From Phyllosticta citribraziliensis (Eukaryota), in NCBI RefSeq assembly GCF_038025025.1, contig NW_027117345.1, forward strand, positions 1,426,001 through 1,490,000: a stretch of 64,000 nt of DNA. Direction: 5' to 3'. The translations under genes and the position numbers were made by a program. The notes under the pieces are model-generated. The model saw only the letters and a list, made by a program, of their open reading frames with translations, was not told the DNA's origin and searched no databases. This document shows positions 1-12,028 of this stretch, in pieces (position 1 is the stretch's first letter; the number at the start of each line of letters is the position of its first letter).

Positions 1-2320
1 TGTGTTGTGGTCGCCGTCGAGGATTTGCTGGGCAGAGTTGAAGAGTATGACGGTGCACGAGTGGAATGACCAGTAGCTGGAAGAATTGTGTCAGCGCACG
101 GAACTGGCGGATGCGATGAGATTTGTTTTGATTCGGATAGCAGAAGAACAAAGAACCGAAAGTAGGCGGGGAGGTTGACGCGTTCACTCATTCAGCTGTC
201 TTCCTGAAGAGAGCATATTGTTGCGAGCTTGTTGGAGACAAACTTACATCAAAACCCAGCAGCGTCTTGTCATGAAGCTGGTAAAATCAATCAGCGACAT
301 GATGCGTGTCATTTGCTGCGCAGCCATGGAGCAGCGTGCGCGATAGTCTTGGACCTGAGTGTAGGCGACGTCGAGATTCCACCTGGACTGGATGCGGGCG
401 TTGGAAGCATTCAGCAAGACCTGCCGGTAGAGGGAGATGATGGCTCCAAGATAAAACATGTGGAGCATCAAGATGGCTCTTCTTTGGAAAAAGTTGACGA
501 CTGAATACTTGTTCTGGTCTATCAGAGTTGAGAGATGCATTGACGGAGGTAGTTCGTTGTACCAAGCATCGAGCGTCTCTGTGAGTCTTGATATGTGCTC
601 AGCCCTAACGTCTGTGGCGGCCTGATGGACTGTGAGTTCCGCTATGTCTCTGGACACAAGTCCAATCTTGCTTCCTTGAGCGTGGATGGCATCATTCATT
701 GATGTGCATTCGCAGGGAGGTATCCACGCATGCTAGAAATATGAGCGAAAGGTCTAGCTCTAATCACTGGTGATCTTACTGTGAGATCTTCCATGCTAAC
801 ATCAGACTTGTAACCAAGAGTGGTGGATAGCCAACTGTCGACCGTTAGCACAAATGTCCTGTCCGGAGCGAAGATAACAAACCAGTCCATGAATATGAGG
901 GTGTTCATGACCTTGCGAGCGGATTTTTGATCCGTTTGGTCAGGCAGGTCTTCTTCAAGAGTGGGAAATTTCCAACGTGAAATCTTGAGACCAGCAGCTG
1001 ATGAATTGCGTCAGCTTACTTAGTTCTGAACTTCAACAATTGAATTGCGGTTGGAAGTCAAGGGTCATCATTTCAAACACGAAACAGATCATCAAAAGAG
1101 CCAAGGAGCTGTGACGTACTGATTATGTGACGAATAGCCATGTGCTTTTCGAGGAGGGAGTAAACAGAGAAAAGAAGCAGAAACTGCATGATGGAATAAT
1201 CGTCAAACTTGGAAATAGAAGATTCAAAGGCCCAAATGGCTGAAGCGTACAGACCCTGCCTTATTGGCTCGGGCATGCAATCACAGTCGTAATGCGCGCC
1301 AATTGCAGCTATTACCAGCGCGATGATGAGGCTTTTGTGATCCACGGGTCCTGGCCTGAAGACTTGGTCCAACATTGCGTCCAACTGATCACTGGACACC
1401 AGGTAGATTATGCAGCCAGTGCCGACTATGCAACATTGGGCACCTTTCCGAACAGTCTCTTCCGGCGGGAGCGATATGGTGTCGTAAAAGGGGACACCTG
1501 CGGCAAGAAGCTCAATCCTCTTTGCTCTAAGCTCTTGCACTGCAAGTGCCACAGAAGCGCGGCAATCCTCAATGATGGAATGCGTCGAGTCGTGCCTCGT
1601 CTTTTTCTGGGGATTGGCATTGGCACCCGCAACGCTCTCAGACGAGTGGCTACTCGTCTCGCAGGCAGGTTCGTTGGATGGTGCCTGACGGGTGACCTGG
1701 GCAGAATCCTGTCGAAAGTGCCGGAGGTAGCTTTGGTAGCGTCGATAATTCTCAGTCTTCTTGTACTCGTCCATCTGGGCCTCGTACTCTTGAAAAGCCT
1801 GCGCGGCTTGACGCTCCCAGGCATGCTTCAAGTCTGGTGCAAGGGATTGCCATCTCCTGCCGACTTCGCGAGCGGACTCTTCGAAGGAAAGCGAGAGATT
1901 GGTGAAGTCAGGATCCCTTCGCTGGGCGTTGGCAAAATTGACGTAGGCGGTTTTTGGCTTTTTCGGGGCATGAACGTCGGGACGAGGTTTTCGTCGATAT
2001 CTCCTTTTTTGTCTTGCATTGACGACTTCGGGCTGAGTCGGTTGCTGCGCATCGTTTCCATTTACACGGCACTGCGACGGAGGGGTCTGACCGCGAGAGT
2101 TCTTTCCAGAGCTGGCAGGCTGGTCGCACTGAAGGCCCCGGCACGATGCGATTTCGCGCTGCAATGTGCGGCGATGGCCCAGCTTGACACCGAGAAGCGT
2201 CAGATCCTGTTCGGTAATGTCACACAAGACGTCCCAAGAGTCAAAGCCGTTGTCGAGCAGAATTGGCAAATACTGGCCAAGACCTAGACGGCAGAGAATG
2301 TGACGCAACTCAACGGACAT
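1..2320 (-). CDS. SAM-domain + HMG-box + fungal-TF middle-homology-region protein (multi-exon, 3' end runs off the window)
   Basis: N-terminal SAM-like LCRLGLGQYLPILLDNGFDSWD...LGVKLGHRRTL; HMG box PKKPKTAYVNF...VGRRWQSL...YKKTENY; C-terminal MHR-like segment (LDAWYNELPPSMHL, LHMFYLGAIISLYR). Introns include 998-1119 and 77-247; the frame continues IYWSFHSCTVILF to position 1. Confidence 0.8.
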
Positions 2321-3188
2321 GGTAAATGCTGTGGAAGGCGAAGTATCAATTGTTTTCTTTTACAACGTTGTCAGGAAGACTAGGCGGTGCACGGCGACAT
2401 TTCTGGAAAAGTCGAAATGCAGGCTGTTTTCATGTAATGGGTGGCCAGAGGCAGCCCGGGGCGGTAGGCGGAGTCACGAGGGCTCGGGCGCCTCGTGAGG
2501 TGTCGGATGCGCGATCAAGAACGACTTGGCGAAGGATTGGACGGTGGGGAGAAAAGAAAAACGCGGCAAGCAGACGGGTGAGAGAGAGCGAGGGTCTACA
2601 GATGCATATGGAAAAGCAAAGAGTTCATTGTGGTGTCGTGGCGCCCCCCGGCCGGCCGATGCTGGGACAGTCACGTGCGCTGGGAGCCGGGGGCGAGATC
2701 GAGTGTCTGCCGTCGGCATCTGGCTGTCCGCAGCGCAACCTCACCTCCGCTGCGAGCCTGTTCATGCAACTCCCTTGCCTTCCCCACGCCTCGCACGTGT
2801 CGTCGCCACTTTGATCCTTGCATGGACAGGGACAGCCTCGCCGAATGCGCCAAGAAAGCTTGACCTGGACCTCTCCCCAGCCAAACTCCCGCTTCAACCA
2901 CCTACCATCCATCCACATCCATCTGCAGCGGACAACGGTCCGTCGTGGAAGTCGCTTTGGAGGAATGGATCGGCTGTGCCTTCCGCCCAACGGGCTCACC
3001 TGCCCGCGTCCCATCTACAACATCCTTGTCTTGCGCGTCTGCGAACATCTCGAATCTGAGACTTGCTCTCTTTGTCCCTATGCGCGCCCTACGTCAGCAC
3101 GAAGTTGGTGTGATTGCGTCCATCATATGGCGGACTCGCCCTTGATTTCGCCGCAGCCCAGTGTCCTGTCACCCGCTTTTTCCTTGCC

Positions 3189-6100
3189 ATGAGGCGACTA
3201 TCGCACAGAGAAGAAGAGGCTCCCGATTGCCTTCAAGTCCTGACCGAGTTCCTTGACCATGATGACCGGCCCTCGTTCATCCTCGATTCCCACAACAATG
3301 AGCGAGAATCCAGAGTCATCTACCGGAATCGCGCCCTCGAGGACTTCATCACCCGTCTGTCGGCCCTCCATGGCGACGCCACTTTCTCCGACTTTGAAGC
3401 CTGGGCCGTCAAGTTTGAAACCACAAAAGCGTCGGCCTCGCGGACTGGCGCTGCCTCCAAAATGAGCTTTGGTGGGTGGTACTGGACCAGCACCATCTTG
3501 AGACACGAGTGGAAAGCCGTTTGTGCCATTTCCTCCAACGACGATCGATATGGCGATCGCTTCGAAAGCGAGGACACCGAAGTTTGGGCACGGCGCTCTC
3601 TGACGTCTTCCGAAATTGCGCTTCCGTCTCCCACCGTATCTCTGGATGAGCTGCGCTTAAAGGCAGGCTTGAGCGATGATGACTCATCATCTGCAGATGA
3701 AATGGTCCTCACTCCTTTGCCGTATGCTCACTGCCTTGATTGGACCCGAAACCCTCCTCCGCATTTGTCAGGCTATCGCCGGTTTATCCTCGACCACGAC
3801 TGGTCTTCGACGCCATTGGGACCCATTGGATCTTGGGATGACCGCCTACGCCAGAATGTCGTTATGATTATGGCCAGTCCTGATCCTCGCCTGATCTTGT
3901 GGGGAAACGAACTATGTTTGCTTTACAACGAGGCATGCTTGGCCCTGATCGGACAAAAACACCCTTCTGCGCTGGGTCACGGACCGATGCATGTCTTTTC
4001 AGAAATCTGGCAACCCCTGAAAAGTATTGTTAAACGCGCCATGCACCAGGGGGTGGCTACCAGAGTTCAGGATTTGGAATTGATGATTGATCGAGATGGC
4101 CAGTTTGGGCCAGAGGAGACGTACTGTAAGTTGCTCTTGCAATGCGCCCTCTTCCGCAAATCTCCCCCACAGTCAACGATGCTGGGAAAACGCTCTATGC
4201 CTCCATTGGCTAAAATTGACCAGGGTCTTTCACGATGCTGCCCATCATTGGCCCCGATGGAACTGCCGTCGGAGCGCTTGACGAATTCGTCGAGTCGACT
4301 GGGTCTGTTATTGGAGTGAGACGAATGAATACGCTCATCGCCCTCGGAGAGAAGGCTTCCTCAGCCAGGTCCATTGAAGAGCTCTGGACATTGGTATTGG
4401 AGGGTCTAGAGCCAAACAACCAGGACATTCCATTCGCACTGCTCTACTCCGTCAATGAAAACGATGAGAATGGCCAGGATGACCTGAGAGAACACTCTGA
4501 TTTCGCCCACTCATCGCGTCCAAAGCAGTGCGTTCTGGAAGGGACCATTGGGATCTCTAGCGATCATCCGGCTGCCATTCCAAGCTTTGCTCTCACCGAA
4601 GGAAGTGATGGCTACGCCTTGCCCTTTAGACGCGCATGGACATCAGCGAAGCCTAGCTTTCTGCAAGCCAAGAACCAATCTCTTCCTTTGCCACTGTCGG
4701 ATATTCGGACTGAAGGGAGAGGTTTCAACGACGCCACAAACACTGCGATCGCACTACCAATCCCCCCCTTGAGCGGCGCTAGCATCAGAGGCTTCTTGTT
4801 GCTTGGACTCAATCCCAGGCGTCCTTACGATGAGGACTACCAAGTTTTCATCAGACTTCTCAACGATCGCCTGGTGAAGGCCGTGGCCTCTATTATTGTA
4901 CCTGAAGAGCAACGCAGGAATCGAGAACTCATGGAAGCCAACAACACCCGCCACGACAAATTTTCTCGGGAGCTTGAACAGCGCAGGCAAGAAGCCGAAT
5001 CAAGCGAAGCAACATTCACTGCCCTCGCTGAGTCGGCCCCCATAGGCTGCGCTGTTTTCCAAGTTGACGGCCGTACGTCGTCTTCTAGTGTGCTCTCTTT
5101 GCGAAAGCTAATTTCTTGCAGAGCCTCGCTGGATGAACCAAGCTTATCTCGATCTAGTCGGTCTGAAACGCGAAGAAATGCCCAATGGAATGTGGTCATA
5201 TACTGTTCTCCCTGAAGACCAAGAATTCGTCGAGGATCAATGGCGGAAACTGGCGACTGGCCAAAACGTCGACCCGTTCGAATTTCGCGTGAAGAGACCA
5301 TTTCGAGCGTCCCAAGATGATGATACACAAGTAATCGAGTACTCCTGGATACTAGCCAATGCATTCCCCGAATTAGACGACGCAGGGGCTCCACAGAAGA
5401 TATTGGGATGGCTCACAGACATTAGCCATCAGAAGTGGAGTCAGCATCTGCAGGCGCAGCGTCTAGAGGATGCGTTGGAGACAAAAAGGCAAAGCGAGAA
5501 CTTCATAGACATGGTACTTTTCCCCAGATCACTACGAGAACCTTGACTAATCACAGACGACTCGGAAAGACTTCACACGAAATGCGGAATCCAGTGAGTA
5601 TTGGCCCTTTGAAAATATACACAAGAAGTGGGTATCCACGCGAGGCCACACGGGCTTTCATACAAGGGAAACCAGACGGGACAAACATGATCCAACAGCC
5701 CTCCGCCACTAAATGCTCCTCGGGCATCTTCTTACTGACTGCCCTTTTGTAGCTCTCGGCCATTTTGCAATCTGCGGACGGGATTCTCGGAGTACTCAGA
5801 TATCAGCGGGATGGTAAGTCTTTTGGGACCATCTTGATCGACAACGACTGATTTTCCTGCCAAAAACAGGCAACAAGATCAACTATTTACCGCGAGAACC
5901 GCTGATTCTTGACATGGAAGCCCAGGAAATCATCATCGACAGCGCTCAAACTGTCATTCTCTGCGCACAGCACCAGAAGAGAATAGTTGACGACATTGTA
6001 AGCCGTTGCTCTCTCGTTCATCGCTCGTCTTGCTGACTATCATTAGCTTGTGAGTTCCTTCCATTCTTTGCCTATGCCTTGCTTCAACGAACAAATTTGG

Positions 6101-7824
6101 CAAGTAGAGCCAGAAGCGGCCCTTGACGGCTCTGGTAGACATCTTCTCAAGCCCAGAAACATGGATTGACATCAATCAAGACCAGAAAGTTGCTTGAATG
6201 CTTGTTGACTGTAAACAGACACTTTCCAAACTTGACTCAAATCTCCTCGTGATATCTCCAGACGTCATTCAGCCCGCGACCCTGGTTGAGCGTGCCATCA
6301 AGATGTACGAAGCGGAGCTAAATAGCGCTCGGATACGTCTCAACTTCCAGATTCATCAATCCTACGATGACCTCTCCATCGACACTGTCTTCCTTGATCC
6401 ATCGCGGGTTTTGCAAGTCCTCATAAACCTCATCACCAACGCCATCAAATTCACTCGTGACCGAGAAAAACGCGTCATTACGATCTTTCTCTCTGCTTCT
6501 CACAAGAGACCTTCCTCGGGACACGACAACCTAGCGTATATTCCTAGACGAGCGAATCGACCGGATCATAATTTGACTGAAGAATGGGGCCCAGGCGAAG
6601 ACATTCACCTCCAACTGGCGGTTGAAGATACGGGCAGGGGATTGTCGCCAGATGAAATGAAACTACTGTTCCACCGCTTCTCTCAGGCGAGCCCAAAAAC
6701 CTATGGAGAGTATGGCGGCAGCGGCCTGGGTCTCTTCATCTCGAGAGAACTTACTGGTAATGCATTTCCCGGTCATGTGGAGATTGATCTAATTCCTTGC
6801 AGAGCTTCAAGGCGGTCAAATAGGCGTGGCCTCCAAAGAGGGTCGAGGCAGCACCTTTGCCTTTTACATCAAAGCCAGGCGCTATGTTTCTCCACCCTCT
6901 TCGACCCCTCCGCCGGCTGCACTCATCCGCCCCTCTCCAATGCATACAGCCCCGCTCCGCCGAGTGTCCATGTCCAAACTCGGCCCCATGTCTCTGCCTA
7001 CTCTCTCCAGCCGCACAATTGATCTCATGCCTTTAACCGCCCCGACGGATCCGTCATGGACAGTCCAAAACCCAGGTGGGCGAATCACGTTCCAAAACGT
7101 TTCGCCTGTCACACCCCTCGCAGCAGACTCGAGCGCACGTTTCCCAGGTCTCAAAGTGCTAATAGTCGAAGACAATGCCATCAACCAAAAGGTCATGGCG
7201 CAGCAGCTGCGACGCGCCGGATGCGAAGTGCTCGTCGCCAGCCATGGAGGCGAGGCGCTCGCAATGCTGGGGCGAAGTACGTTTGCAGCGGCCGCCACTC
7301 CTCCCATTCTGACACCAACCTCGACCTCTACGCTCCTCGACTCACCCTCTTTCCCGCGTCCACCGTCATCAGACTCTCCGAGTGATTCACCCATTCCCCC
7401 TCTCGAGACCTCGATCCTCGACTTTGCTGCGGCCCACGCCGCCGCCGCCGCTACCGTTGGCCATGGAGACGGCAGCAGCAGCAGCAGCAGCAGCTCTTCG
7501 CCCAGTAGCACGCAAGCGCCCACCAGCGTCGCCACGCTGCCACGACCCCCGCCGCTCGAGATCTCGGTGATGCTCATGGACCTGGAAATGCCCGTCATGG
7601 ATGGGCTGACGTGCGTGCGGCACATTCGGCACATGCAGGGGACGCGCTCGCTGACGCGCCATGTCCCCGTCATCGCCGTCACGGCCAACGCGCGCAGCGA
7701 GCAGATCTCGCGCGCCATGAAAGCCGGCATGGACCTTGTCGTCACCAAGCCATTTCGCATTCTGGAGCTCTTGCCGCTCATGGATGAGTTGGTGGCTAGA
7801 GTAGAGAGAAACCGGGCGAGGTAG
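3189..7824 (+). CDS. Hybrid (two-component) histidine kinase: PAS/GAF-like sensors, HisKA, HATPase_c, receiver
   Basis: DWSSTPLGPIGSW PAS-like region; H-box FIDM-TSHEMRNP-LSAI; N-box QVLINLITNAIKFT; G boxes DTGRG and GGSGLGL; receiver VLIVEDNAINQ...LMDLEMPVMDG...VTANA...KPF. Introns at about 4126-4222, 5073-5121, 5514-5569, 5594-5752, 5813-5869, 5998-6046, 6050-6218 and 6757-6802. Confidence 0.93.
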
Positions 7825-8607
7825 CCGTGGTCGTGGGGGAGTTGATGGGTCTTTGCGGAGAGCAAGAACCAGTGGATGGTGCTGCCGGGCTGTAAATAGA
7901 TCTCGGCTCACGACTCTGGTAGATTTTCTATCCGTCGCAGCACGCACATATGGAACCAGCCTGGCCCCTATCCCTAGCAACAAGCAACGAGGTAGCTAGA
8001 TTAGGCAGAGTGGAGGGGAGTTGGGTGTTGGTGGAGAGAGAAGCGTGGTTTAAATCCTAATACACATTCGGTCGCTCACTTGTAAGGCAATTGTTTTCGT
8101 TTCCTTGCTGGACTCGTCGAAGTCGTTGTTGTCAGTGAGCACTCTGCCCAGCAGCAGTGCGGCATACTCCCACGCGACTCACATGCGCAGCGTGTCGCGC
8201 CGCAGACCAAAAGCCAGAAGTCGGAAGAGATGCTCGGCTGAAGGCCCAGCGAAGCTCACTCACGTATAGCACCGCAACACGACATGACAAAGAAAGTTTG
8301 GGCGTGATGCACGAGACAAAGGGTAGACAGCCAGTCAGCCAGCCAGCCAGCCAGCCAGTCAGCCAATCAACCAGAACCAGCGTGAACATGGGGTAGCGAT
8401 CAAGTGAACAAACGAGTTAAGCGAGCAGGCGAACAAACAAACGAACGCTCCATCTCCGCATCTCCCCCATCTCCCTGCGGCCCCACCCCCCAGGTCCCCA
8501 CAAACTCTGTAATCCCTGCAGCACGTGGGGTCCGCACGCCTTCGGAAAAATTCTTCGACAGCCCGGCTCTCGGCTCCGCTTTGCGCCTACCACCGCTGCT
8601 GCTGTTA

Positions 8608-8770
8608 AGGAGGAGGAGGAGGAGGAGGAGGAGGAGGAGGAGGAAGGCGAGTAAGGGATCACCGATGCCCTCTTCCCTCTTGCCTCGCCGTATTTTCCGC
8701 CGTCCGCCTTCCGGAGTCCGATTGGACTGGACTCGACTGGACTGGAGGAGGAGGAGGAGGAGGAGGAGGA
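8608..8770. repeat. Two trinucleotide microsatellites: (AGG)12 at 8608-8643 and (GGA)9 at 8744-8770
   Basis: Read directly from the sequence; intergenic. Confidence 0.9.
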
Positions 8771-10366
8771 CATGGTGGGGGGCGGCGGACACATTCCCGC
8801 CATCCACTCACTCGGTGCTGCTGGGATATTCCTTGGTTGATTGGACCCCCTCCCTTACCTTTCATCATACTGTACCGTACATACATAGCGCAAGGCTGGC
8901 TGGCCCTGCGACGTGTTTCGCACCCTTGCGCGCCGCGTTTCGGGAAGGGTCGGCGGTGCGTTCCTCTTATCTCTCTCCCTCTTATCTGATTCAGCAGCGG
9001 CAGCTGCTGCAGGAAGATGGGGATTGATTGGTTGACTGAACAAGTGGCTGAGGTTGATCTCTCTGGGCTTGATCTGGTTTGGTCTGTTTTGGCGTTGGTT
9101 GGTTGGAGGAGAGAAGAATGTCGCCATGAGCTTGCTTGCTCTCTTTCTCTGTGGGGTGCGGTGGGAACTTGTTCGGGGTGGCATGTGGACATGCCTGCGC
9201 CCTCTGTGCAGCAATGGGAAAATGGGGACGTCAGATGGGCGACTTTGTTCTTTTGAGCGAGGGCAGTGGGGGTGAGGCAGATATGAGGGATGGAGGGTGC
9301 GAGGGAGTCGAAGCATCTTCTCTGGCGTTGGTTGGATTCGATCAGGCCACGCGCCCGACGGGCTGGTTGACGCAGAGGGAAAGAAAGGAAGGAAGGAGAT
9401 GGTGGGATACAGGCGCGCAGTGGCTTGCGGAGGCACATGGGTTGAGCAGCCAAAAAAACGAAAGCTCCGCTAAAACAGACATTGTAGCAGCAGCATGCAT
9501 GGTAGATGACCCAACCACCCAATCAATCTTCTGAGCTGAGCGGGCGGACACCTTCGACCGGGTGCTTGGATTGCGAAGGAAGATAATGGTATGCTATGGT
9601 ACAATACCCACGTGGCTAGTGATACAGATATGTATGCGGAGAGCAAAAAAGAGTGAGGCGCCCACGCGTTCGCGACGACGGACGTATCGGTACAGCCAAT
9701 GAAAAGACGCAAAGACGACGGGATAGACCATTGCGAAATTTGGTTTTTGTTTTTTGACAGTTTGATGAGGAAAATAAAGAGAAGATGCAGACCCCACGCT
9801 TCCTTTGCAAACCTGCTTGTGAACTAACTACCTACCTAGCTAGTTTGATTGTGATTGATCAATCGACTGGAAGAAAAAAGCAGAAGTGATCAATGAAGAA
9901 GCAAGCCGCTGAAAGAACAAGCCCGCAGCAGATGAAAGCAATCTCAACAAGCACGCCGCGCCACGCTATCCGCCAGATAATGCCCGTTTTGAGTTCAAAT
10001 CGAACTGAAGACAAGGGGAAAAGAGGGGGAATCATTCATGTTGGATGCGTGTGCCATTGAGACTCCTGAATCAAAGCAAAAAAGGAAGATGATGAGGAGG
10101 AAAGAAAATAGCAGGAGAACAAAACAAAGCACCCGAAACGCCTCGCTTTGTTGGCTACCAGCAAGCAAGCAAGCAGAATGAAAGCGCTGGAAAAAATCCA
10201 GCTGCAGAATCACGACCATGACATGTCGAGAAGAAGGAAAATGGTGTCGTCTCGCTTGCTTTTTGAATGACGTGGCAGACAGCAAAGGTATCTTTGTTTC
10301 CGTGAGAAAGAAGAGAAAAGAAATTCGTCCATCAATGAACATGGAGCGCGTCATGCGAGACAGCGC

Positions 10367-12028
10367 TCACTCGCCCTTTGCGCCAGCAATGCCGCGCGGG
10401 TGCGCCGTGATGCGAGTCTTGCCGTGCTCGTCGACAGGTGGGTAGCGAGCGCGCAGCTCGAGGTCATCGAGCGGAATGGTGGAACGGATGTACTTGTGGC
10501 TGGCCGGGTCAATGGGCTGGTAGTCCCACGACTCGAAGCGACCCTTTTTGAGGGCGCTCCAACAGAGGCGGCGCTGTCGCTGAGAGGCAAGAACGTCGTC
10601 GTGAATCTTTTGCAGGTCCCAACGCCGCTTGACCTCGTCGGCAAAGGCGGCGGCCACCTTGGCGACGGCCGGGTCAGATGACTCGGCCACGTTGCGCAGC
10701 TCGTCTGGGTCCGATTCGAGATCAAAGAGCTGCGGCGGGTCCGCTAGACAGGCCACGTACTTCCAGCGGCCGCGTCGGATCATCATGACAGGTGACACGG
10801 TGCCCTCGCCCATGTACTCGCCCAGGACCTCGTCCTTGACCCGGTGTCCGTAGAGCGCGGGGTACAGACTCTCGCCGTCAATCGCGAGTCCCGTGTCCAT
10901 GCGCCCGCCGGCCAGATCCACCAGCGTCGGAAGCAAGTCCATGGTCGATACCGATTCGGAGACGCGGCGGGGAGAAAACCGAGCTGGATAGTTGATGATA
11001 AGGGGCACCCTCGCGCTGTGCTCGTGCCAAGACATCTTGTACCAGAGATTGCGCTCGCCCAACATGTCGCCGTGATCACCACTGAAAACCACGATCGTGT
11101 TGCGGTCCAGCTTGCAGTTCTTGAGCACCTGGAGCAGCTTGCCCACCTGGTCGTCCACGTAGCTGCAGGCGCCGTAGTAGGCGCGCCGGGCTCGCTTGAT
11201 GGCCTCGTCGGGGACGGGGTTGTTCCACAAATCGATGCACTCCATCAGGCGCTTCGAGTGCGAATCTTGCTGGCTCTGATCAAGGCGCGTCTTGGGCAGC
11301 GGAATGTCGACGTCCTCGTATCGGTCCCAGTAATCCTCGGTGATGGCGTACGGATCGTGAGGGTGAGTCAGAGAAACGGTCAAGCAAAACGGACGCTGGG
11401 CGTCGCCCTTTCTGACGTGGTCGTACAGGTACTGGGTGCTCTTGTACATGACCTCCTCGTCAAAGTCGAGCTGATTGGAGCGAACGCATGGACCAGCTTG
11501 CAGAACCGACGCCATGTTGTGGTACCATTCCTGGCGCTCCTCGGGCTTGTCCCAATTGACGGACCAGCCAAAATCGCCGGGGTAAATGTCCGAGGTGAGG
11601 CGGTTCTCGAAGCCGTGCAGCTGGTCGGGGCCAATGAAGTGCATTTTGCCGGCCAGAGTTGTTTCATAGCCCTCCTTGCGCAAGTAGTGGGCGTAGGTGG
11701 GGACGTCGGCGTTCAGGTGCGAGGCATTGTCGTAGGCCCTGATTTTGTGAGGAAGCTGGCCGGTGACCATGACGAAGCGGGAGGGCGCACAGAGCGGCGC
11801 GTTGCAGTATGCGCGGTCAAAGACGACGCCAGATTCGGCCAATTTGTCCAGGTGGGGGGTTTTGATGGGCGAGGTTGGGTCGTGCATTTTGAGCAGAGGC
11901 GCGGACATTTGGTCGGCCATGATGTAGAGAATGTTGGGACGGACGGAGAAGTGGTCGACGGGAGGAACATGAGCATTTTCGGCCTGGCCGTTGGGCGGCG
12001 TGTCGGGCAGAGTGGCGTGTGGAGGCAT
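10367..12028 (-). CDS. betC: Choline-sulfatase (BetC-like), intronless
   Basis: RPNILYIMADQ; formylglycine motif LCAPSR; GKMHFIGPDQLHGFE; SLTHPHDPY; DHGDMLGERNLWYKM; choline-sulfatase C-terminal WDYQP...LDDLE. Likely start MPPHATL at 12028. Confidence 0.92.
   Translation of the reverse strand: MPPHATLPDTPPNGQAENAHVPPVDHFSVRPNILYIMADQMSAPLLKMHDPTSPIKTPHLDKLAESGVVFDRAYCNAPLCAPSRFVMVTGQLPHKIRAYDNASHLNADVPTYAHYLRKEGYETTLAGKMHFIGPDQLHGFENRLTSDIYPGDFGWSVNWDKPEERQEWYHNMASVLQAGPCVRSNQLDFDEEVMYKSTQYLYDHVRKGDAQRPFCLTVSLTHPHDPYAITEDYWDRYEDVDIPLPKTRLDQSQQDSHSKRLMECIDLWNNPVPDEAIKRARRAYYGACSYVDDQVGKLLQVLKNCKLDRNTIVVFSGDHGDMLGERNLWYKMSWHEHSARVPLIINYPARFSPRRVSESVSTMDLLPTLVDLAGGRMDTGLAIDGESLYPALYGHRVKDEVLGEYMGEGTVSPVMMIRRGRWKYVACLADPPQLFDLESDPDELRNVAESSDPAVAKVAAAFADEVKRRWDLQKIHDDVLASQRQRRLCWSALKKGRFESWDYQPIDPASHKYIRSTIPLDDLELRARYPPVDEHGKTRITAHPRGIAGAKGE

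Noticed and set aside
1700..1970. HMG box as a mating-type MAT1-2-1 gene
   Set aside because: The box lacks the MATA-type RPxNAF signature, is fused to SAM and TF-like domains, and has no APN2/SLA2 neighbours.
8400..9522. Poly-Arg, poly-Leu and poly-Ser ORFs
   Set aside because: They are translations of microsatellites with no coding signature.
10367..12028. Recent bacterial horizontal transfer of betC
   Set aside because: Being intronless is weak evidence, since other genes here are too. Codon style matches the neighbours, and choline sulfatase is known in filamentous fungi.
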